Positions 1 through 8,492 of a stretch of DNA of 46,596 nucleotides are shown here, piece after piece; position 1 is the first letter of the stretch, and each line of letters begins with the position of its first letter. Position numbers and translations under genes: made by a program. The DNA is from Candidatus Thorarchaeota archaeon (GTDB lineage: Archaea > Asgardarchaeota > Thorarchaeia > Thorarchaeales > Thorarchaeaceae). The notes under the pieces were generated by a model that worked only from the letters and a program-made list of their open reading frames with translations, did no database searches and had not been told where the DNA came from. The stretch is from positions 1 through 46,596 of the forward strand of contig JAFGAR010000152.1 in assembly GCA_016933575.1 (NCBI GenBank). Direction: 5' to 3'.

Positions 1-9
1 ATGCAGGAG

Positions 10-38
10 TTTATATATCTACATCTACATATGTAGAT
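10..38 (+). promoter_or_regulatory. TATA box plus palindromic operator of the first VapBC operon
   Basis: TTTATATA at 10-17 and the perfect 16-bp palindrome ATCTACATATGTAGAT at 23-38, immediately before the start codon; fits an autoregulated leaderless TA promoter. Confidence 0.6.
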
Positions 39-39
39 A

Positions 40-297
40 GTGAGTGCTATGACATCGAAGACCATTTCCGTAACGAGTGATGTCTACAATCTCCTCCGAA
101 AGATGAGATTGCCTGGAGAGAGCTTTGGCGAGACTATTGCTCGGCTCTGTCGATCTAAGACGTCTGTTTCCTTATGCCTTTGGGCAACATCCTCCGATGG
201 TTGGAGTGACTTGACATCTGATGAGGAAGCTAGACTTGAAGAGACTCTTGAGAGAATACACATAAGCCTACAGCCCGAAGAGGTCGATCTCAAGTGA
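40..297 (+). CDS. vapB: VapB-family antitoxin (archaeal DUF217/COG1753 type)
   Basis: SKTISVTSDVYNLLRKMRLPGESFGETIARL signature; overlaps the downstream PIN gene by 4 nt. Confidence 0.85.
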   Translation: MSAMTSKTISVTSDVYNLLRKMRLPGESFGETIARLCRSKTSVSLCLWATSSDGWSDLTSDEEARLEETLERIHISLQPEEVDLK

Positions 298-701
298 TTT
301 TTCTAGATACCACCTTCCTAGTTGATATTCTGAGAAAGGATACTGCAGCAATCTCCTGGTTGAGTGACTTGGAAGAACAGGCCTTGTATACTTCCGAGGT
401 CAATGTTTTTGAACTCTATACAGGTCTCTTTCGAATCTCGGAGAATTCCAAGGCAAAGCTGAAGAAGAGAACCTTTGAGCTCGAACAGCTTCTCTGTCGA
501 ATGGAGGTTCTCTCATTTGACCGAAACTCCGCCATTGAATCTGCAAAGATCTACTCTCACTTGATGAATAAAGGCGAACCTATTGGTGCTCGTGACATCA
601 TGATTGCTGGTGCCGCACTCTCTAGAGGAATAACTCGATTGGTGACTCGTAATGTCAGGGAGTTTCAGAGGATTCCATCTCTGAATGTTGAATCCTACTA
701 G
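294..701 (+). CDS. vapC: VapC PIN-domain toxin
   Basis: N-terminal FLDTTFLVD, FELYTG, D-IMIAGAAL and LVTRNVREF PIN motifs. Confidence 0.9.
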   Translation: MIFLDTTFLVDILRKDTAAISWLSDLEEQALYTSEVNVFELYTGLFRISENSKAKLKKRTFELEQLLCRMEVLSFDRNSAIESAKIYSHLMNKGEPIGARDIMIAGAALSRGITRLVTRNVREFQRIPSLNVESY

Positions 702-750
702 ACTAGTACATTACATGAGTTGCTATCTTTAAGGGCTCAGAGTAGATACT

Positions 751-845
751 GGCGGGAACGCGGCGGAATCGTCAGGTTGCCCGAGGCGCAGATGAATCCC
801 TTTACCTGTTCGTTATGTTGAGCCACCCTTTCATTTTTCACCCAT
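751..845 (+). repeat. Cassette-delimiting repeat copy 1 (subtype B core)
   Basis: GTTGAGCCACCCTTTCATTTTTC from 817; the upstream part aligns with copy 6 (GGGAA.GCG...ATCGT..CAGGTTG.CCGA.GC.CAGA..AAT..CCCTTTACCT). Confidence 0.85.
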
Positions 846-952
846 CTATCCAACTCAGTGGATTCTCTATGAATCAACATTCTCCATGTTCATTGTGCAA
901 CACACAGCCGTTGTGTTTATTACAGTAAATGTGTACAATATGGTGAACGACT

Positions 953-1204
953 ATGACAACAATCTCGATAAAAGAAGACACACGAAAGAGACTACTTCGG
1001 ATAGCAGGCGAGCTTCAGAGAAAGACACTAACAAGAGCAGATTTTGATACGGTCATTCAGTTCTTGATCGATGCATATATTGAGAAACAAATAGATATTG
1101 AAGCCTGGAACAAGTTCACAGCTCCAATTTCAGGAGTAGATTTTGATTCCATCTATAACGATCTTATTCTGGAGAGGCACCTTGATGACGAACAAGGTAA
1201 ATGA
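953..1204 (+). CDS. Putative antitoxin (small DNA-binding protein)
   Basis: MTTISIKEDTRKRLLRIAGELQ N-terminus typical of archaeal antitoxins; overlaps the PIN gene. Confidence 0.75.
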   Translation: MTTISIKEDTRKRLLRIAGELQRKTLTRADFDTVIQFLIDAYIEKQIDIEAWNKFTAPISGVDFDSIYNDLILERHLDDEQGK

Positions 1205-1610
1205 AACAACAGTACTAGATGCTGGAGTGTTGATTGCACTCGCACTTGGAGAATCTTCTACGATGGAGCTATCTCAGAATATTATCAATCATCATATATC
1301 TTATGCATGCACAGAGATTGCTCTCTGCGAATTGAGCTATATTCTCTGCCGACGATTAAGTTGGAAAGAAGCAACGGAAAAAACAGAAAACCTTGTACGA
1401 TCCTCTCTCGTCGCAGTCATTCCAACTCATGCGCTATGGACTGAGGCAGCAAAAATAAAGTGTAGAGCAACAATTGCATTACCGGATTGCTTCACAATCG
1501 CTGCAGCACGCTTAGCCAAAGGAAAAGCGATGTTTGTTCGCAGGGAAAAAGAGATAGTGGATGCAATTAATCGGAAGCTGATCTCAGATACTATCGAATT
1601 CGTTGAATAA
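1185..1610 (+). CDS. vapC: PIN-domain (VapC-like) toxin
   Basis: VLDAGVLIA, ELSYILCRR and PDCFTIAAA PIN motifs; start moved to the ATG at 1185. Confidence 0.85.
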   Translation: MTNKVNETTVLDAGVLIALALGESSTMELSQNIINHHISYACTEIALCELSYILCRRLSWKEATEKTENLVRSSLVAVIPTHALWTEAAKIKCRATIALPDCFTIAAARLAKGKAMFVRREKEIVDAINRKLISDTIEFVE

Positions 1611-1676
1611 TATATTTCCAATAATTATGAGAGCTAATTATAATCGATTAAACTTATTCAGGACGGCGCAATATCC

Positions 1677-1885
1677 GTAGCGGAAGCTGCGGATGGAAGA
1701 AGTCGAGAGTCATTCTCACTTCCATCAATCACCTCCTATGTCTTCTACTTCATAGAGGTAGAAGCAGCTTGGCTCACAGCCCTTCGGGGTTGTGAGAGAA
1801 GTACGGGCCTTCGACGGGGTCAGGTATTCACGGGTACTTTCCCATTACCTGTCTTTGTTGAGCCACCCTTTTCATTTTTCACCCA
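1677..1885 (+). repeat. Cassette-delimiting repeat copy 2 (long form with structured extension, subtype A core)
   Basis: Aligns over about 190 nt with copy 4; CAGGTA...TACCTG core; GTTGAGCCACCCTTTTC at 1857. Confidence 0.9.
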
Positions 1886-1988
1886 TCAATCAAATCCAGT
1901 GGACATTCTATCAATTGACTTAAGAATCAGTTAGGCTCTATGTTCTTTGACTTGATTTGCGTGGTAGTGATAAGGTGGCTACTGAAAA

Positions 1989-2444
1989 ATGATTAGAGAT
2001 TATTGGGCAAAATGGATCATGGTTATTACAACTCTGTTTGCCCCCTTTGGTGTGTACGCTTTCTCAGTACGCAACTCTATCCTCACGGTATCAATCCACG
2101 CTATGTTATGGGGTATCATGCCAGATTCGTCTGGAGATACTGAGTTGATACTATTTGGCACGTACATCATTATAGGAAGGGGTCTATTTTATGGCATCTT
2201 TAACATCTGGTTTGGAATAGAGGTCATCAGATACTTCAATGACTACTCTCGTAGACGAATGGCTATCCGATTGGGAATTCTATCACTAGTCTACCCCTTT
2301 GCAATGGCAATCATCTCTTTGCCTTGGCTTTTGCATTCAACGACATTTGAGTATCTTGGACCAATTCCTATCCAATTTGTTGTTGGTCTCTTGTTGATGA
2401 AGTACTTTGGAGAGCAAAAACCTCTAGGACCTTGGAGTGATTGA
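1989..2444 (+). CDS. Hypothetical multi-pass membrane protein
   Basis: 151-aa ORF with about four hydrophobic segments. Confidence 0.7.
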   Translation: MIRDYWAKWIMVITTLFAPFGVYAFSVRNSILTVSIHAMLWGIMPDSSGDTELILFGTYIIIGRGLFYGIFNIWFGIEVIRYFNDYSRRRMAIRLGILSLVYPFAMAIISLPWLLHSTTFEYLGPIPIQFVVGLLLMKYFGEQKPLGPWSD

Positions 2445-2523
2445 ACTAATTCCATTTCCTCTTCTTATGACCTGTTTCTTACAAAATCTATGAAGTTATA
2501 AGTACTTATCAACGTTATAAGTT

Positions 2524-2721
2524 ATGATAGATATGAGTGAGACCACAACGATTCCGCTGACAAAAGAGACCCGTGACCTCCTGAAGAAATATGGTCAGAA
2601 GGGTGAGACCTACGATGAGCTAATCCGTCGTTTACTTGAGATGGCAGAACAGATGGAGTTTGCTAGAGCACAGAAACGAATTCTAGAAACTGAGGAGTTC
2701 GTTCCACTTGACCAAGTTTAG
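2524..2721 (+). CDS. Antitoxin partner of the RelE-like toxin
   Basis: TTTIPLTKETRDLLKKYGQKGETYDELIRRL with C-terminal EEFVPLDQV; overlaps the toxin gene. Confidence 0.8.
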   Translation: MIDMSETTTIPLTKETRDLLKKYGQKGETYDELIRRLLEMAEQMEFARAQKRILETEEFVPLDQV

Positions 2722-2989
2722 GATTTTACTCTCGCAGACTGCAATTTCGCAAATGAGTTTACTTAATACAAAACAGAAGGCGAGGGTCATAGATGCATTA
2801 GCAAGTCTTGAGGATAACCCCTTCAAAAGAAGATCAGGTTCAGACATCAAGAAACTTGTTACTCCTACTGAGCCACCACTTTATCGATTACGTATTGGTG
2901 ACTTTCGTGCAATCTATTTTGTTATTGATAATGAGGTCAGAGTTACAGAGATTATTCATAGAAGTAAAGGCTACAAGTGGTTGGAATAG
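2708..2989 (+). CDS. relE: RelE/ParE-family toxin
   Basis: Basic 93-aa protein with LYRLRIGDFRAIY and C-terminal IIHRSKGY motifs. Confidence 0.88.
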   Translation: MTKFRILLSQTAISQMSLLNTKQKARVIDALASLEDNPFKRRSGSDIKKLVTPTEPPLYRLRIGDFRAIYFVIDNEVRVTEIIHRSKGYKWLE

Positions 2990-3013
2990 AATACTCTCAG
3001 ATGAATTGATACC

Positions 3014-3085
3014 GGCTAACGGGGTCAGGTAACCAGGGAAACTTTCCCAGTACCTGTAATTTGTTGAGCCACCCTTTTCTTTTTG
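3014..3085 (+). repeat. Cassette-delimiting repeat copy 3 (short form; best attC-like example)
   Basis: GGCTAAC-GGGGT-CAGGTAAC-CAGGGAAACTTTCCCA-GTACCTG-TAATTT-GTTGAGC, followed by CACCCTTTTCTTTTT. Confidence 0.9.
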
Positions 3086-3180
3086 CAATATCGTCAAACT
3101 CTGATTTTTTCTTTCCCTTCTATCACTGGAAACGTAGAACTCTACAAGTTTATATACCTTAATAGTGACTCAGTTACTGG

Positions 3181-3474
3181 GTGTTACCAGTGTCCACAGT
3201 GAAGTTTGACCTCAAAGATGACTTGGAAGAATTGCAGGCTCGTCTATATCTTGACACGCGAAAGCGTCTGACAAAGAAGGAGATACTGGAAATCGTCTTC
3301 AGAATTGGACTTGAAAACTATGAACTTATAGTGAATGAGATACGACTGATGGATTATCCTTTGGACGATGATGTTATTCAAAAAGTCCTCTCATTGGCAG
3401 AGGATCTTGGACCTGGTAGCGAAGACCTCTCATTGAGAGTGGATGATATGGTATACGGTGGCGATTCCACGTGA
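3181..3474 (+). CDS. Putative antitoxin
   Basis: Acidic 97-aa ORF ending DLSLRVDDMVYG, overlapping the PIN gene by 4 nt. Confidence 0.75.
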   Translation: MLPVSTVKFDLKDDLEELQARLYLDTRKRLTKKEILEIVFRIGLENYELIVNEIRLMDYPLDDDVIQKVLSLAEDLGPGSEDLSLRVDDMVYGGDST

Positions 3475-3887
3475 CTGTCCTGATAGATAGTAATGTCATC
3501 ATTGCTCTCTTGAACACGCGCGACCGCAACCATCCAAAAGCGAAAGAGATTCTTACGAAGCTCAAGGATCAGGAGTATGGAATGAGGCTTACGATTGATT
3601 ATGTCCTAGATGAAGTGCTCACGACTCTTTGGATGCATACTCACCAAAAGAGTGTGGTGAAAAAGGCTTACGAGCTCATTCGTGGTACTCCTAAATTCAT
3701 CAAATTTGATTACATAACACCTGAAGTTTTAGACCTCGCCTGGGAGAAATGGGAAAGCTATGCTAAGTGGCCTGAAAAACCCTTGAGCTTCACCGATTGC
3801 TGCATTCTATCATTCATTGATGCTAATGATGTTGGATATCTGGCTACCTTTGACTCTGACTTTGCAGGTCTTTGTCAACTAGTATAG
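3471..3887 (+). CDS. vapC: VapC PIN-domain toxin
   Basis: VLIDSNVIIA, VLDEVLT, LSFTDC and LATFDSDF motifs. Confidence 0.9.
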   Translation: MTVLIDSNVIIALLNTRDRNHPKAKEILTKLKDQEYGMRLTIDYVLDEVLTTLWMHTHQKSVVKKAYELIRGTPKFIKFDYITPEVLDLAWEKWESYAKWPEKPLSFTDCCILSFIDANDVGYLATFDSDFAGLCQLV

Positions 3888-3970
3888 AAATAATGAAATG
3901 AAGATGTTATGTCTGAAATATGATTTTTAGAGCGAAGTCCATTAATACTTCTAATTAAAGAACTCTTTCA

Positions 3971-4170
3971 GTAGCGGAATCTGCGGATGGAAGAAGTTGA
4001 GAATTCTTCATTCTCCATCAATCACCTCCTATGTTTTCTACCATAGAGGTAGAAGCAGCTTGTCTTGCAGTCCTTCGGGAATGTAGGAGAGGTACGGGCC
4101 TATGACTGGGTCAGGTAATCGGGGAAACTTTCCCAGCACCTGTCTTTTGTTGAGCCCCCTTTCAGTTTTC
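3971..4170 (+). repeat. Cassette-delimiting repeat copy 4 (long form, subtype A core)
   Basis: Homologous to copy 2 from GTAGCGGAA onward; GTTGAGCCCCCTTTC at 4149. Confidence 0.9.
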
Positions 4171-4263
4171 TTCGTAATTATTGGATGAGTGGAAGTCAAG
4201 TTTATCTTCTTACTTATCCACTTTCATGAAGATGTGTGCAAATTAACCAAGAGAGAATAATCA

Positions 4264-5031
4264 ATGAAAGTCAAATGTTTTAATTGTGATGAAGTGATTG
4301 AAGCGGACAACCTTGAAGTGCTAGCATATGCTTTTGTCACCCATGGTCAGGAGAAACATTCATGGGAGTATCCCGAGGAGGCGATAAGAAATTATGCCTG
4401 CAATTACGCCGAAGCAGTAGAGCGACTCACAGGTGATACTGAAAGAAAGGAGGAAATTGGCGAAATCACTATCCATCCGGTAACAGAGGACTCTATAGAT
4501 GATTGGCTGCAGTTTTTCGATCATGACGGTTTCGCTGATAATCCTGGGTGGGCATCCTGCTACTGCCTCCAACCACACTTACCTACGATAGACGAGAACC
4601 TAGATCGTCCATGGCGTGAATCACGATCAATCATGGTCAAACGCCTCCTAGAGGGAGTAACATTTGGGTACTTAGCATATGTCGATGACAAACCAGTGGG
4701 ATGGGTGAATGCCTCTCTGCGTAGTGACTATGAGCTTTTTCGACAAGTTGATCCAGATGGTCCCAAGTCCTCATCGGTAATTGGTATCTCGTGCTTTGTC
4801 GTTGCTCCTCCTTATCGAAGACATGGAGTTGCGTCTGCTTTGCTCGACCATGTGATTGAAGATGCTTCTACCCGAGGTGCATTATGGATTGAAGGCTACC
4901 CTCGCAATCAACCTGAAAACACCGATGCTGGACATTTTACAGGATCACAAAGCATGTATGCTAAGCGTGGATTCAAATCAGTTCTAATTCGAGAAAGAGA
5001 TACTGTGATGCGTTTGCGAGTACACCATTGA
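4264..5031 (+). CDS. GNAT-family acetyltransferase with a small N-terminal Cys/His domain
   Basis: CFVVAPPYRRHGVASALL acetyl-CoA motif; IEGYP...FTG...MY..RGF; N-terminal CFNC...H...H. Confidence 0.85.
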   Translation: MKVKCFNCDEVIEADNLEVLAYAFVTHGQEKHSWEYPEEAIRNYACNYAEAVERLTGDTERKEEIGEITIHPVTEDSIDDWLQFFDHDGFADNPGWASCYCLQPHLPTIDENLDRPWRESRSIMVKRLLEGVTFGYLAYVDDKPVGWVNASLRSDYELFRQVDPDGPKSSSVIGISCFVVAPPYRRHGVASALLDHVIEDASTRGALWIEGYPRNQPENTDAGHFTGSQSMYAKRGFKSVLIRERDTVMRLRVHH

Positions 5032-5083
5032 ATCGTATTTGGATTATCAGGAAATTACCGTTGTGATACCGTTCATTGTTAAT

Positions 5084-5253
5084 TGTACAAACTTGGACAC
5101 CAGAGTGAAGTACTCCCAGGAAACGGCACTGGGTGGACTCTATGAGGTCATGGATGTGTCAAGACAACCTCAACGTCCTGTGTCTGGCAGTAGTATATAA
5201 AGTCCAATAGCAATGGTTCAAACGATCATCTAATAGCTGTCCAACTTTGTCCA
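5084..5253 (+). mobile_element. 170-bp non-coding element with 16-bp terminal inverted repeats (MITE-like), copy A
   Basis: Ends TGTACAAACTTGGACA and TGTCCAACTTTGTCCA; homologous to the reverse complement of 11926-12095. Confidence 0.65.
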
Positions 5254-5267
5254 TATTTTTGGTAACT

Positions 5268-5315
5268 GTTAACAACCCTGAATATGTTCTTGTTGAGCCA
5301 CCCTTTTCTTTTTTC
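5268..5315 (+). repeat. Cassette-delimiting repeat copy 5 (minimal or degenerate)
   Basis: GTTGAGCCACCCTTTTCTTTTTT at 5292; only a short TTAACAA...TTGTTGA inverted repeat remains upstream. Confidence 0.8.
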
Positions 5316-5363
5316 AATTGTCAATTCGTATGAGTGAGCTTTCTATTCATCAACCAATGAAAA

Positions 5364-5759
5364 TTAATATCCCTCTATCTTGAGGTCAGGCACTCGACTG
5401 AAGTGCTTTGTATTCTTAGTGAGAAGTGTTTCGTTATTTACAATTGCAATAGATGCGATCATGGAATCTTCAGGGTCGATTGGTTGACCTTCCTTGATCA
5501 ATTGACCATGGATATTTCCAGCAAGTGCTGCACACTCCGAGTCGAGAGTTAATGTTCCCCAAGATAGTAGGATATCCATAATCTTTTTCTTCTCAGAAGA
5601 GGGTTTCTTTGTGAGACTTATTCCAACAAATAGTTCAAAGATAGAAGGTGATGAGATATTCGTAGATAGTGAATCTGCCTCAAGCATCTTTATTTTATCA
5701 ACCGCTGTTTTTCTCCCTCTCAAGAGGTCTATGATAAATGACGTATCCAGAAGCATCAA
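5364..5759 (-). CDS. vapC: VapC PIN-domain toxin
   Basis: LLDTSFIIDLLR, FELFVG, EDSMIASIA and LLTKNTKHF; paralogue of 294-701. Confidence 0.9.
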   Translation of the reverse strand: MMLLDTSFIIDLLRGRKTAVDKIKMLEADSLSTNISSPSIFELFVGISLTKKPSSEKKKIMDILLSWGTLTLDSECAALAGNIHGQLIKEGQPIDPEDSMIASIAIVNNETLLTKNTKHFSRVPDLKIEGY

Positions 5760-5992
5760 TCAGACATCTCCGTGACCATCTCAGTGATTCGATCTCTACT
5801 CCGAGATCTAATTGATGCTATTGCTTCCTGAATCACTTTGATGTCTTCTTCATCCAAGATACCAGCAATCTCACTGAGCCGCTTTCGCTCTGTCAATCTG
5901 TTAATTGTATCACTAAAACTCTCACCGGGTTTCTTCCGTGCTTTGAGTCTTGAGTATGCTTCGTCTGAAACAGAGATTGTCTTACTTCCCAT
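5756..5992 (-). CDS. vapB: VapB-family antitoxin
   Basis: SKTISVSDEAYSRLKARKKPGESFSDTINRL; paralogue of 40-297. Confidence 0.88.
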   Translation of the reverse strand: MGSKTISVSDEAYSRLKARKKPGESFSDTINRLTERKRLSEIAGILDEEDIKVIQEAIASIRSRSRDRITEMVTEMSD

Positions 5993-6078
5993 GTCTATAT
6001 GTATATGTCTGTGTACTTATAAATTCCTCGCGAATAGTAGTATCCTTAATCATCTTTGTCACTTATTGATTGGGAATA

Positions 6079-6212
6079 CAGCTTGTTCCTGCTCTTCGGA
6101 GCAGGAAGAGATACGAGCCTTCGATGGGGGGAATGCGACGCGATCGTGCAGGTTGTCCGAAGCACAGAGAATTTACCCTTTACCTCTCCTGTTGAGCCAC
6201 CCTTTCATTTTT
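6079..6212 (+). repeat. Cassette-delimiting repeat copy 6 (medium form, UUCG hairpin plus subtype B core)
   Basis: CAGCTTG-TTCCTGCTC-TTCG-GAGCAGGAA...TACGAGCC; GTTGAGCCACCCTTTC at 6191. Confidence 0.88.
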
Positions 6213-6309
6213 CTATTATTCATTATTACAATGGTCTAAAGGAGAATTGAAGGGTTAATTTCATTCTTCTATTGTTCCTTTTCGAATGTGATTTTGATGG
6301 AGATTTGGA

Positions 6310-7497
6310 TTATAGATTCTTTACAAAGTTCTTGCCAAAATCAATGCATCTCATGGAGGCTTCTTTATCGGGATTCCAAAGTTCACGGATTCCTTCACCG
6401 ATGATTCTGAAACCACCTTCCTCTAGTTTCTCATTGATCATTTTCACACCCTCTCCAGACCATCCATAGGAACCAAAGGCTGAAGCAAATTTTCCCTTGA
6501 ACTCCAGGCCTCGAATCTCCTCAAGAATACCTGCGACTGAGGAAAGTATACCCCTGCCAATAGTGGAAGAGCCTACAAGAATTGCTTTCGATTTAAAGAC
6601 CTCAGTGATGATATCATTCTTGTCAGATCTTGCTGAATTGAATAGTTTGACAACTATCTTCTTGTCAGCAGACTTAATCCCTTCAGCTATAGCTTCAGCC
6701 ATTCTTCTAGTACTATCCCACATAGTATCATAGATGATTGTGATCCGATTCTCTTGATATTTATCTGCCCACTCCATGTATTTGTTGACAATTTGCAGTG
6801 GATTATCGCGCCATATTACGCCATGACTAGTACAGATATAGTCTACAGGAAGTTTGAATCCTATAACCTCTTCGATCTTCTTAGTCACTAGTTTGCTAAA
6901 GGGAGTAAGAATGTTAGCATAGTATTTGATACACTCCTCGAAAAGTTCGCATTGGTCTACTAGATCATTATACATGTTTTCTGAAGCAAAATGTTGGCCA
7001 AAAGCATCATTGGAAAAGAGGATGTTTTCTCCAGTCAGATAACAAAACATACTATCTGGCCAATGAAGCATAGGAGCACTTACAAACACAAGTTCTCTTG
7101 AACCAAGACTCAGTTTATCACCAGTCTTGACAATGTGGAAGTTCCAATCCTTGTGATAATATCCCTTGAGTATCTTCTTTGCTTGAGCTGTACAATAGAT
7201 GGGTGTGTCCGGAATGGCCTCCATTAACAATGGCAATGCTCCACTATGGTCTGGTTCTGAATGATTGACAACTATGTAATCTATTTCATCTAACGGAATA
7301 ATCTCAGAGAGTCTGTCAACAAATTCTTTGCTAAAGGGTGTCCAAACTGTGTCTACCAAAGCCGTTTTCTCATCCTTAATCAAATAGGAATTATAGGTTG
7401 AGCCTTTATGGGTTGAATATTCCTCGCCATGGAACTTTCGTAGTTCCCAGTCAATCTTACCAACCCAGAATACATTATTTCTGATTTCAAAACTCAT
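6310..7497 (-). CDS. fprA: Flavodiiron protein (FprA/NorV-like; MBL plus flavodoxin domains, no rubredoxin domain)
   Basis: NHSEPDHSG, HWPDSM, SNDAFGQH, SHG diiron ligands and AFGSYGWSGE flavodoxin motif. Confidence 0.92.
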   Translation of the reverse strand: MSFEIRNNVFWVGKIDWELRKFHGEEYSTHKGSTYNSYLIKDEKTALVDTVWTPFSKEFVDRLSEIIPLDEIDYIVVNHSEPDHSGALPLLMEAIPDTPIYCTAQAKKILKGYYHKDWNFHIVKTGDKLSLGSRELVFVSAPMLHWPDSMFCYLTGENILFSNDAFGQHFASENMYNDLVDQCELFEECIKYYANILTPFSKLVTKKIEEVIGFKLPVDYICTSHGVIWRDNPLQIVNKYMEWADKYQENRITIIYDTMWDSTRRMAEAIAEGIKSADKKIVVKLFNSARSDKNDIITEVFKSKAILVGSSTIGRGILSSVAGILEEIRGLEFKGKFASAFGSYGWSGEGVKMINEKLEEGGFRIIGEGIRELWNPDKEASMRCIDFGKNFVKNL

Positions 7498-7613
7498 TTC
7501 TCTTCTCTCCGTCCCTAATCTATAGCTGTATTTGCTATTTAGTGCTTTAGATGTAACTTCTTTGAGAGAATTGTTCTAATCAGAATGAAAATCTCAGATG
7601 GACTTGGGGTATA

Positions 7614-7686
7614 GGCTGACGGGGTCAGGTATTCAGGGGAACTTTCCCAGTACCTGTATTTTGTTAAGCCACCCTTTTCTTTTTCA
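7614..7686 (+). repeat. Cassette-delimiting repeat copy 7 (short form, subtype A)
   Basis: GGCTGAC-GGGGT-CAGGTA...TACCTG-TATTTT-GTTAAGCCACCCTTTTC. Confidence 0.9.
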
Positions 7687-8490
7687 TTTGGTGAAGAAAT
7701 CTTGGAGTTCATCAAGAAGATTTCGCAGATCGAGACTTAGATCATAATAAGAACCATATTTCCATTCAAATCCCCACTTTCTCAGACTAGTTTCAATCCG
7801 TTTTCCTCTAATGAGTATATCACCTAGGAAGTTAGGTTTAATGAAAATGGACGACCATGTATGTTGTAAATCGAATTGGTTCGCTGGTATCTCTCTGAAC
7901 TCTTCAATGGCTGTGTATATTGACTTCAACATTGATACACTAAGGTACCATTCTGGAGAGATACAATCCTCTAATGCTCCTTCAAAGAAATCAAGATACA
8001 ATAACCTTGCTGTACAATTTGGGTAAATGAGCAACACGGTAATTTTTTGGGCTTCTCTCTCCTCACAATAATTTCCATGAAACTTTAAGGAAACCGCAGC
8101 ACACGGCAGATTCTCAGGAATGCGGGAGTTATGCCACTCTTTCAATAACTGACTGTAGCCCTCTCTTAGCTCCTGTATGGTTAGATCAGGCTCATCGTTA
8201 AAGAGTGGAAGTGGTATCGTTCTGATTGGATGCCAATAATTATCGTAGAGGACCTGTCCGGCCGTTGATCCTGGACAATTGAATCTGCCTGACAGATCCT
8301 CTCTTCTATGTTCCTTCGCAATCTCAAGGAAGATAGGGGTATAAGCATCCACAGGAAATTCACCACAAATCGTTCCTACAAGTCTAATACTACCCGGCAC
8401 TACAACCTTCTCGAAATCTATGAGATTTCTCAAATGACCCCAAATCAGTTGGAACTGAGGCGTAGTGACATCTGCCTGCGTGCTCATCAT
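7684..8490 (-). CDS. Hypothetical protein
   Basis: 268-aa ORF directly downstream of the dehydrogenase; its stop codon lies in the tail of repeat copy 7. Confidence 0.65.
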   Translation of the reverse strand: MMSTQADVTTPQFQLIWGHLRNLIDFEKVVVPGSIRLVGTICGEFPVDAYTPIFLEIAKEHRREDLSGRFNCPGSTAGQVLYDNYWHPIRTIPLPLFNDEPDLTIQELREGYSQLLKEWHNSRIPENLPCAAVSLKFHGNYCEEREAQKITVLLIYPNCTARLLYLDFFEGALEDCISPEWYLSVSMLKSIYTAIEEFREIPANQFDLQHTWSSIFIKPNFLGDILIRGKRIETSLRKWGFEWKYGSYYDLSLDLRNLLDELQDFFTK

Positions 8491-8492
8491 GT

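Noticed and set aside
1765-1865. Group II intron domain V/VI remnant (AGC...GTACGG followed by a G-run and hairpin)
   Set aside because: The resemblance is superficial. The stem register, large purine bulge and UUCG cap differ from the 34-nt DV, and there is no clear bulged-A DVI or AY end. Only a CM search could revive this.
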